64,000 bases of DNA from Candidatus Kaiserbacteria bacterium (lineage in GTDB: Bacteria; Patescibacteriota; Minisyncoccia; Phycocordibacterales; UBA2100), in assembly GCA_017134395.1 (NCBI GenBank), contig CP070993.1:320210-384209 (forward strand), written 5' to 3'. The notes under the pieces are model-generated. The model did no database searches, was not told the origin of the DNA, and saw only the letters and a list, made by a program, of their open reading frames with translations. The position numbers and the translations under genes are program-made. Of this stretch, positions 25,852 through 33,657 are shown in pieces (position 1 is the stretch's first letter; the number at the start of each line of letters is the position of its first letter).

Positions 25852-26904
25852 CTATTCAGAAGAGTAGTTGAATTCTGATCCAGGTAGTATGTCTCCGTAC
25901 TTATCTTGCATCATTTCGATGAAAGTATTGTCTTCAAATAAGTTGCTCACAGCATCAAGACCAGAGAGACCAAACAGGTATAGATATGCTCCAGTAGAGA
26001 TAAGAATGAGCGCTAAAATTAGCATGCCTATAACTCCAACAATTGGAAATGAACGCTTTGCGGGTTTACTCTGAATGAAGTAGCTTTCCTCTCGTTCCCT
26101 TTTTTGTACCCCGCCTTCCCGAGATGGTATATTTCTAGGCGTGGTTTGAGTAGTTATCGGTGGAACTGCTCTAGGAGTGGAGACAGGACGAATATCGGGG
26201 TTCATTTGCTTAATTGGAGGGCGTTCACTTAATATATCACCAGACGCATAGGTTTGGGCTTCATTAAATGCAGTTTCTTTTTTTACAGAAGGAATTTCTG
26301 GATTACTTTCAGCTACGTAGCGTACGTTGAAATTGATGTCTCCAGGATCAATATCAGTTTGGATATTTACAGCAACTCCAGTAGCATCCTTTCCAACTGC
26401 TCCCTTCTCAGTACTATAACCTTCAGTGCGTACACCACTGGACTGTGCCTGAACTTCAGCCAGTAGACCATCGTTGTGTTTTTTGTGAGCGATAAGTGAG
26501 TCCTTACCTACAAACCAACGGCGACCTACTTTTCGTGCTTCTAATTCACCACTTCTGGCAAGCTGACCAATATAATCTTGTGCGTAGCCAGTAACAGCAG
26601 CAGCGCGAGATGTTGCGATGTACTCTGTGCCGTCATACTTGAATGTGTCGTCACGAACATTCCCTACCTTCATACCAAGTGCGCTCTTGCCTTGCTCATT
26701 TTTATTTTTTGTATCAGCTTCAACACCATTTTCTTGGTACCGCTTCAACCCATTTTCATCGACATACCAATGCCCAGACACTCGTCGACACTCAATTTTA
26801 TCTTCCCTGCAAAGCTGGCCAATATAGTCCTTCGAATAACCACTCAGCTCTGAAGCACGAGTAGTTGATATTAAAGTGTCATCACCGATAGTAACGTCTT
26901 CCAT
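25852..26904 (-). CDS. membrane protein with two tandem excisionase-type HTH-like modules, a low-complexity linker and a C-terminal TM anchor. It is a 'stub' paralog of the giant protein N-terminus.
   Basis: 350 aa. The modules are RASELSGYSKDYIGQLCREDKIECRRVSGHWYV and SRAAAVTGYAQDYIGQLARSGELEARKVGRRWFV. Both match the giant protein's N-terminal module and the HTH_17 pattern (A..G.s...I..l.R.G.l...rvGrrW.v). The TM helix is IVGVIGMLILALILISTGAYLYLFGL near the C-terminus. Confidence 0.6.
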   Translation of the reverse strand: MEDVTIGDDTLISTTRASELSGYSKDYIGQLCREDKIECRRVSGHWYVDENGLKRYQENGVEADTKNKNEQGKSALGMKVGNVRDDTFKYDGTEYIATSRAAAVTGYAQDYIGQLARSGELEARKVGRRWFVGKDSLIAHKKHNDGLLAEVQAQSSGVRTEGYSTEKGAVGKDATGVAVNIQTDIDPGDINFNVRYVAESNPEIPSVKKETAFNEAQTYASGDILSERPPIKQMNPDIRPVSTPRAVPPITTQTTPRNIPSREGGVQKREREESYFIQSKPAKRSFPIVGVIGMLILALILISTGAYLYLFGLSGLDAVSNLFEDNTFIEMMQDKYGDILPGSEFNYSSE

Positions 26905-26973
26905 TTAAGCATTGTACAATATCCGCCGAGATATGCGAGATCCCCTCTAAAATGTGTGGATAACGTACCTCGC

Positions 26974-28416
26974 TTAAGCGAGTTTAGCCTTTATAAGCTC
27001 TTTAAGCTTTGCAGGATTCGCAGAACCCTTACTGAGTTTCATACCTTGCCCGACAAGATATTGCAGAGCTTGCTCCTTCCCTTCTTTGTATTCTTTTACC
27101 ACTTCTTCATTTTGAGATACAAGCGCTTCTATGATTTCGTTAAGTGCCTCATCATCATTTTGTTGCAGCAGACCTGCTTCCTCTGCCAATTCTTTAATGG
27201 TCTTACTCTGCTCATGAGGTTTAGCTAAGTGTCCAATTAACTCTACGGCGCCATTAGAAGATATGTCGCCTTGAAGTGCCAGTAGTACAAGCTCACTAAA
27301 TTCATTTGGACCTATATTCTCTGTAACATGCTCATTGTTCTCTCCTCGTAATGCCACGAGGTTGTTTGTTATGTAGTTAGAAGCAAGCTTTGCGTGTTTA
27401 GCTTGATCTTCACTATTAGATTGAGATAATTCGACAACGACTCTCTCGAAAAACTCACAAAGTCTTATATCAGCAACATAGGCTTCTACATCCTCTACCT
27501 GTAGCCCGTACGCCTTCTGTAGGCGCTCACGCTTCGCCTGAGGCAGTTCTGGAAGTGTTTCTTGTAAATTGTCTACGGATAGTTCTGGAAGCTCTGAGAG
27601 TTTCAATTTGGGCAAATCTGGCTCTGGGAAGTATCGGTAGTCGGCTGCCTCTTCTTTTACACGCTGACTGAATGTAACGGCTTTATTTTCGTCCCATCCC
27701 CGTGTTTCTTGAATGATATTCTCGCCTTTTTCTATTATTTCAATCTGCCGCTTTATTTCAAAATCTATGGCACGTTCTACTGCTCTGAATGAGTTCAAAT
27801 TTTTTACCTCTACCTTAGTTCCTAATTGACCCTTTACTTTAGAGACGGAGATATTCGCTTCCACTCGCATCTCTCCCTTTTCCATATTAGCATCAGATGC
27901 TTCTAAGGTGCGTAATAGTAACTGTAACTCACGTGCAAATGCTACGGAATCTTTTGCATTATGTAAGACAGGTTCGGTTACCAGCTCCATAAGCGGTACG
28001 CCTGCACGATTAAAATCAACAAGGCTATGGTCTGACTCGTTTGTGTGTGATGAACGAGCAGTATCTTCTTCAAGATGAATACGAGTTAATTCCACACCGT
28101 GTAAGATACCTCCAGAAACGAGTGGAAATTCGTACTGACTCAACTGAAAAGCCTTTGGTATGTCAGGATAAAAGTAATTCTTTCTATCAAACTCAGAGTA
28201 GTCAGCAAGCTCACCGTTCATTGCCAGACCGACACGCAACACCTGCTTTACTGCTTCCTTGTTGATTGTTGGCAAGACACCAGGGTGTGCCATGCACACC
28301 GGACATATATTTACATTTGGTTTTTTTTCGTTTGGGTCGTTCTTAGAATTACAAAACATCTTCGTGTGAGTACGAAGTTCTGCATGCACTTCTAGACCAA
28401 TTGTAGGCTCAAACAT
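26974..28416 (-). CDS. gatB: Asp-tRNA(Asn)/Glu-tRNA(Gln) amidotransferase subunit B
   Basis: 480 aa. MFEPTIGLEVHAEL...CPVCMAHPGVLP is the GatB N-terminal signature. A GatB/YqeY-like C-terminal domain is present. Confidence 0.9.
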   Translation of the reverse strand: MFEPTIGLEVHAELRTHTKMFCNSKNDPNEKKPNVNICPVCMAHPGVLPTINKEAVKQVLRVGLAMNGELADYSEFDRKNYFYPDIPKAFQLSQYEFPLVSGGILHGVELTRIHLEEDTARSSHTNESDHSLVDFNRAGVPLMELVTEPVLHNAKDSVAFARELQLLLRTLEASDANMEKGEMRVEANISVSKVKGQLGTKVEVKNLNSFRAVERAIDFEIKRQIEIIEKGENIIQETRGWDENKAVTFSQRVKEEAADYRYFPEPDLPKLKLSELPELSVDNLQETLPELPQAKRERLQKAYGLQVEDVEAYVADIRLCEFFERVVVELSQSNSEDQAKHAKLASNYITNNLVALRGENNEHVTENIGPNEFSELVLLALQGDISSNGAVELIGHLAKPHEQSKTIKELAEEAGLLQQNDDEALNEIIEALVSQNEEVVKEYKEGKEQALQYLVGQGMKLSKGSANPAKLKELIKAKLA

Positions 28417-28457
28417 GTAGGCGTCATGGTAAAACGATTTGAACTAAAAAGCCACCT

Positions 28458-29435
28458 TTACTTCGTGAGCGACCTTAGGAAAATGATTATCTCGTCAGCA
28501 AATGTCTTTAGTATCTCATCATCATATATTGAGATTGGGTACACTTTGTCGGTTACTTTCTGTAAATCTTTCACACATTTGGCAACTTCCTCTTCTGAAG
28601 CAAGATCCGTTTTGGTTAGTGCAATCATGAATGGTAATTCTGCCATAGCTGGGTCGTACTTCAGCAACTCGTCAAACAGAGCTCGGTAAGCCGATATGGG
28701 GTCTTCTTGCTCAACCGAGATACAGAATATAAGGGTTTTAGTGCGATTTATGTGCTTCAAGAATTTATGACCCAACCCCTTACCAGTAGATGCCCCTTCA
28801 ATAATACCTGGTATATCAGCTATGATATACCCAAACAGGTTCCCGAGATTTGGATCAAGTGTGGTAAATGCATAATCTCCCACTTTTGCTTTTGCATTTG
28901 TAAGCGCATTTAACAGAGAAGATTTACCTGCATTAGGATACCCAACTAAGCCAATGTCTGCTATAAGTTTAAGCTCAACTTCTAAAATATCTCGTTCCCC
29001 AGATTTTCCTTTAGTAGATTCCTGTGGACTTACATTTGTTGAACTCTTAAAGTGCTCGTTCCCGAGACCGCCATTACCTCCTTTCAATATTACATGTTCT
29101 TCTCCTTCTTCGAGAAGTTCGAAAGTCTTACCTTTTTCTTTCAAGGTAACGACAGAACCGATTGGCAAATGTATTACAACATTTTCACCATCAAGTCCAT
29201 GCAAACTACTTTTTCCTCCACCTCCACCGTGACCAGCTTGGAAAATATTATTTCCTCTGTACTTACTAAGGAGTGAATTATCTCGAAAAGCCCGAATGAG
29301 CACATCGCCGCCTCTTCCACCATTGCCACCGGCTGGTCCACCCTTCGGATTGTTTCGATTTGCATGCCATCGAACAACTCCATCGCCTCCATTTCCGGCA
29401 TGAGCCTGTAAAATTATTTCATCAACAAATTTCAT
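28458..29435 (-). CDS. obg: GTPase Obg/CgtA (short form, no TGS extension)
   Basis: 325 aa. The Obg fold begins MKFVDE..AGNGGDGVV.W and is glycine-rich (GGxGGxGG). The G1 motif is GYPNAGKSSL and G3 is DIPG. Confidence 0.9.
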   Translation of the reverse strand: MKFVDEIILQAHAGNGGDGVVRWHANRNNPKGGPAGGNGGRGGDVLIRAFRDNSLLSKYRGNNIFQAGHGGGGGKSSLHGLDGENVVIHLPIGSVVTLKEKGKTFELLEEGEEHVILKGGNGGLGNEHFKSSTNVSPQESTKGKSGERDILEVELKLIADIGLVGYPNAGKSSLLNALTNAKAKVGDYAFTTLDPNLGNLFGYIIADIPGIIEGASTGKGLGHKFLKHINRTKTLIFCISVEQEDPISAYRALFDELLKYDPAMAELPFMIALTKTDLASEEEVAKCVKDLQKVTDKVYPISIYDDEILKTFADEIIIFLRSLTK

Positions 29436-29558
29436 ATTATTTTTTATCCCTTCTGGGATTAATTACTATAGTCTAGAATCTTCTTAAACCCTAATTTTTT
29501 ACAAAAAAGGCGCTTTAATTAACTAAAGTTTGCCAAAAAGTCACCACCTATTCTTTAG

Positions 29559-29867
29559 CTAACAAGTGCGCTTTGCAGTTTGCTCGAGTTTGCCTATCAT
29601 GAGACCGTAACCACCTGATCCTTCCTCCATTGCTTTGCGAATTCGTGACACTGTGGCAGAACTCATGCCTGTTACACGCTCTATTTTTCGGTAACTGGCA
29701 CCGAAAGTAAGCATCTTTGCAGCCTTCCAACGGTTTGCAGCCTCTTGAATTTCACTTTTAGTAAATATGTCACCAAGAAATGCACGTGCCTCTGCAAGGT
29801 TGTCTAACTCGAGCACAGAAAGCATGAATTCATCAGTGTCGTCGTTTATCCATTTGTGTTCTTTCAT
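29559..29867 (-). CDS. TrpR/YerC/YecD-like small DNA-binding protein
   Basis: 102 aa. The C-terminal HTH LTFGASYRKIERVTGMSSATVSRIRK resembles the Trp-repressor-like YerC family. Confidence 0.45.
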   Translation of the reverse strand: MKEHKWINDDTDEFMLSVLELDNLAEARAFLGDIFTKSEIQEAANRWKAAKMLTFGASYRKIERVTGMSSATVSRIRKAMEEGSGGYGLMIGKLEQTAKRTC

Positions 29868-29935
29868 ATTGCTTTATTATAATAAAGCGTTTCGTGAAGT
29901 AAAGCACTCTGTTTGTGGGTAACTCCCCTTTTAGA

Positions 29936-30262
29936 CTATGAGAAGTGCGTACCGAGAGTTCCGGCAAGAGATACTGCGAGTGAGCCAAGAAGTGCTGGTA
30001 TGAACCCTGCGACTGCAAAGCCTTCTATAAATGTTGATAGGAACCAAAAAATTCCAGCGTTCACTAGAAATGCTGATAATCCAAAGGTAACTAAATGGAT
30101 TGGTAATGTAAGAATTGTAAGTAGTGGTTTGATGGTGATGCTTGCTAAACCAAGAAGTATTGCAACTATGAGGGCGATGTAAAAACTTTCGACCTCGATT
30201 CCTGGTATCCAGCGTTCCGAAGCAAGAAGTGCAAGAACGATAAGTGCGAGTCTAATGAACAT
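29936..30262 (-). CDS. phage-holin-family 4 / YvlD-like small membrane protein (3-4 TM)
   Basis: 108 aa. MFIRLALIVLALLASERWIPGIEVESFYIALIVAILLGLASITIKPLLTILTLPIHLVTFGLSAFLVNAGIFW closely follows the YvlD/Phage_holin_4_2 pattern (MFIR...W.VPGI.V.GF..AL..A.VLGL.N..I.P.L..LTLP...LTLGLF.LV.NA). Confidence 0.55.
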   Translation of the reverse strand: MFIRLALIVLALLASERWIPGIEVESFYIALIVAILLGLASITIKPLLTILTLPIHLVTFGLSAFLVNAGIFWFLSTFIEGFAVAGFIPALLGSLAVSLAGTLGTHFS

Positions 30263-30268
30263 ACGTAT

Positions 30269-30799
30269 TTATTTTAATTTGGTAACTAGTGCTGTGAGGG
30301 CGTCATTGACGAAACCAATGTATCTCTCGTCGGTTGGTATCCCCTCTTCATTGAACAGAGATTCTACATTTGAAGTAGCAATAGTATCCCCTAACGTTTC
30401 AATAGACGCAGCAAGTAGTACTGGCGCGAGCTGCTGTATAACACGAACGCCACCATATTGCCCTGAGGACACACCTACAAGAATAGCTGGTTTTCCTTTA
30501 TATTCTTTAAACGCTGAGTCAAAAAAGAGCTTAAATTCGCCAGGAAAGCTTCTATTGTACTCTGGAACTACAAATACGAATCCGGCAGCCTCATGGGCTA
30601 TTTTGCGCCATTTAGCGGCGTTTTCGTCCTCTACCCAAGCTGGAATAGTGAAGGGAGACACGAGATGATTGCGTACATCCACCAATTCTGACTTAACGTC
30701 CTCAAAACCAGACAATTGCGTGTGTACGAAGCGTGCCACTTTTTCTGATTGACGTTCTAGACGCCCTGTTCCTAATACTACTGGAATAGAAATATTCAT
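30269..30799 (-). CDS. NAD(P)H-dependent FMN reductase (flavodoxin-like fold)
   Basis: Preferred start is the ATG at 30799 (MNISIPVVLGTGRLE...). FVFVVPEYNRSFPGEFK is the FMN_red family motif. Confidence 0.65.
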   Translation of the reverse strand: MNISIPVVLGTGRLERQSEKVARFVHTQLSGFEDVKSELVDVRNHLVSPFTIPAWVEDENAAKWRKIAHEAAGFVFVVPEYNRSFPGEFKLFFDSAFKEYKGKPAILVGVSSGQYGGVRVIQQLAPVLLAASIETLGDTIATSNVESLFNEEGIPTDERYIGFVNDALTALVTKLK

Positions 30800-30900
30800 G
30801 AATCGAAGTGTATCACACACCTTTCGTATCAAAAAATAAAACCGGCAGTGTCACGGGAAATGACACTGCCGGTTTTATGTATTATATATTTAGTAGTGCT

Positions 30901-33516
30901 CTACCCGCCTATTTTAGTTTGAGTTTGGTTTTGACTTTGATTCTGAGTTTGAGTGGTGGCGCCTTGCCCGCCGCTTTGGGTACGTTTTTGATGTTCTTCT
31001 GAGTTCATGATGCCACACTTTTTGTACTTCTGACCTGAGCCACACGGGCATGGTTCGTTACGTCCGACGCTGTTTTCTTGAGTGCGCTTTACTGCGTGAG
31101 CTTTTGAATCGCCATCTTTCTTTCCGAGTATCGCTGCGTTTTCGTGTACTTCTTGCATTTTTTGGTTTTCGCGTTGCGCGAACATTTCACCTGAAAGCTG
31201 CGGGAGAAGACGGGTCACGTGTTCTTCGTATGACAGCTCAAGGTCATTGAACAATCGGAGTCCTTCTTTTTTATATTCCAACAGTGGGTCACGTTGACCG
31301 TACGCACGCAGGTTTACACTGCTTCGGAGGTAGTCCATCGTTTCAAGATGCTCTACCCAAAGCATATCGAGTGTTTGCAAGAAGACCCGCTGTAGTGCGA
31401 CATAGAATGCCTCCTCCCCTATTTCTTTTTTCTTTTCTGCTATGACTTGTATGTTCTTTTCGTCAGTCCCAATGATGGTTTCTAGTTCTGCATCGAGTGC
31501 ATCGTTTCCACCGAGTAGTATGTTGTTTCGTCGTTTGTAGAGACCTGTTCGTTGGAGGCTTAACACATCATCGTATGCGAGAACTTGTTTTCGTGAATCA
31601 AAGTGGAAGCCCTCGATTTTCTTTTGCGCTGTTTCAAGAGAGCGAGTGATGATTTTGTTTTGAATCGGCTCGTCTTCTGGAATACCAAAACGTCCCATCA
31701 TTCCTTTGATTGTGTCGCTCGCAAACACTCGCATGAGTGTGTCTTCAAGAGATACGAAGAATTGCGTTTCTCCAGGATCTCCTTGGCGCCCAGAACGACC
31801 CCGTAGTTGGTTGTCGATACGACGTGCTTCGTGACGTTCTGTACCAAGTACAAACAAACCACCAATGTCTCTTATTTCCTGCTGTTGTTCTGGAGTTGCG
31901 TTTTCTCCACCAAGTTTAATGTCTACTCCGCGACCAGCCATGTTAGTTGAAACAGTTACCGCACCTTTGTGCCCAGCATCAGCAATAATACTTCCCTCTC
32001 GTGCGTGATTCTTAGCATTTAAAATTTCGTGAGGAATGCCCTCTTGCTTTAAATAAGCGCCTAAAAGCTCGTTTTTTTCGACTGAAACAGTACCAATAAG
32101 TACCGGTTGACCCTTTTCGTTTAGTTCTTTTACCTTCCGTGCGATTGCCTTGAACTTTCCACTTTCGGTTTGAAAAATGAAGTCATCGTGGTCGATTCGT
32201 TTTATGTGCTGATTGGTTGGAACTTCAACGGTGTTAAGGCCGTATACTTTAAAGAATTCTTCTGAGCTCGTAACAGCCGTTCCTGTCATTCCGGCTAACT
32301 TTCCATAATTACGGAAATAGTTTTGATACGTAATAGATGCAAAGGTACGTGATTCTTGCTGTACTTCTACATTTTCTTTTGCTTCCATCGCTTGATGTAG
32401 TCCTTCGCTCCACCTGCGACCTGGTTGCATACGTCCGGTGAATTCGTCAACTATAATGACTTCACCATTGTTTACCACGTAATCTTTATCTCGTTCGAAA
32501 AGTGCTCGTGCACGGACCGCAGTCTCGAGGTGGTGAACGTATTTAATGCCTTTGTCGGTATAAATATTGTCTACTCCGAGTATCTTCTCGGCTTTTTCAA
32601 TCCCTTCATTGGTAAGCTGTATGGCCTTTAATTTTTCATCAACTGTATAGTCTGTCTCTCTTTCCATTGTTTGTGCGATTTGTGCAAACTGCCCGTAGAG
32701 TTTTTCGGCGTCGGACGCAGGGGCTGAGATAATTAGCGGGGTACGAGCTTCATCAATAAGAATGGAGTCGATTTCGTCAACGATAGCGAAGTTATATCCC
32801 CCATTGTCAGGAGTACGTTGTCGTAATTCTTCTTTATTATATGAAATATTGTCACGTAGATAGTCGAAGCCAAACTCATTGTTTGTTCCATAGGTGATAT
32901 CAGCGGCGTACGCTTCTTTACGAGTACACACTGTAAGAAAGTCTTCTACTACTTCTGACCCTCCTTTTTCATCTCGTTCTTTATCGGCTTCCAAAAGTTC
33001 TTCTTTAGGTACGTGCATTTCGTCGTACAAATATGATGCCTCGTGATTAATGATTCCAGTACTGAGACCCAAGAACGCATACACTTGTCCCATCCAAACT
33101 GCGTCACGACGTGACAGATAGTCGTTAACCGTGACCACATGTACACCCTTTCCGGTAAGCGCGTTGAGATACGCAGGAAGTGTTGCTACGAGAGTTTTAC
33201 CTTCACCAGTACGCATTTCCGCAATATCGCCGTTATGTAATACAGCACCACCAATAATTTGCACATCGTAGTGTCGTTGTCCCAAAGTGCGTTTTGAGGC
33301 TTCGCGAACGGCGGCGAACGCTTCGGCCATTATATCTTCAAGTGTCTCCCCTTTTTCTAAACGAGCCTTAAATTCAGCTGTTTTTCCGCGAAGGGCTTCG
33401 TCAGATAGTGCGACGTATTCATCTTCTAGTGCATTAACACGCGTCACAATACGAGACGCTTTTTTCAAAGCCCCTGCATTTTCGTCACCAAGTAATTTTT
33501 TTATTCCTTCAAACAT
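30901..33516 (-). CDS. secA: preprotein translocase ATPase SecA
   Basis: 871 aa. The DEAD-motor motifs start with MRTGEGKTLVATLPAYLNAL. The C-terminal zinc-binding motif is CPCGSGQKYKKCG, followed by an extra Q/T-rich ~30-aa tail. Confidence 0.95.
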   Translation of the reverse strand: MFEGIKKLLGDENAGALKKASRIVTRVNALEDEYVALSDEALRGKTAEFKARLEKGETLEDIMAEAFAAVREASKRTLGQRHYDVQIIGGAVLHNGDIAEMRTGEGKTLVATLPAYLNALTGKGVHVVTVNDYLSRRDAVWMGQVYAFLGLSTGIINHEASYLYDEMHVPKEELLEADKERDEKGGSEVVEDFLTVCTRKEAYAADITYGTNNEFGFDYLRDNISYNKEELRQRTPDNGGYNFAIVDEIDSILIDEARTPLIISAPASDAEKLYGQFAQIAQTMERETDYTVDEKLKAIQLTNEGIEKAEKILGVDNIYTDKGIKYVHHLETAVRARALFERDKDYVVNNGEVIIVDEFTGRMQPGRRWSEGLHQAMEAKENVEVQQESRTFASITYQNYFRNYGKLAGMTGTAVTSSEEFFKVYGLNTVEVPTNQHIKRIDHDDFIFQTESGKFKAIARKVKELNEKGQPVLIGTVSVEKNELLGAYLKQEGIPHEILNAKNHAREGSIIADAGHKGAVTVSTNMAGRGVDIKLGGENATPEQQQEIRDIGGLFVLGTERHEARRIDNQLRGRSGRQGDPGETQFFVSLEDTLMRVFASDTIKGMMGRFGIPEDEPIQNKIITRSLETAQKKIEGFHFDSRKQVLAYDDVLSLQRTGLYKRRNNILLGGNDALDAELETIIGTDEKNIQVIAEKKKEIGEEAFYVALQRVFLQTLDMLWVEHLETMDYLRSSVNLRAYGQRDPLLEYKKEGLRLFNDLELSYEEHVTRLLPQLSGEMFAQRENQKMQEVHENAAILGKKDGDSKAHAVKRTQENSVGRNEPCPCGSGQKYKKCGIMNSEEHQKRTQSGGQGATTQTQNQSQNQTQTKIGG

Positions 33517-33657
33517 TTTCTATTTCGGTCGTATCGTGCGCAAATACTGAAGGAGCAGTATACCATTTAGAAGATACGAGAGCACGAAAATGAAGAATCC
33601 TTGCCTGGGCGAGGATTCTTATGATTTTATAAGCTGTACTACGAGATTATTCTTGTT

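Noticed and set aside
33577-33616. Hairpin aagaatcct-N11-aggattctt downstream of the Wzy_C/TPR gene as a terminator
   Set aside because: The stem is short with a large loop and there is no convincing U-tract on either strand. It is left unannotated.
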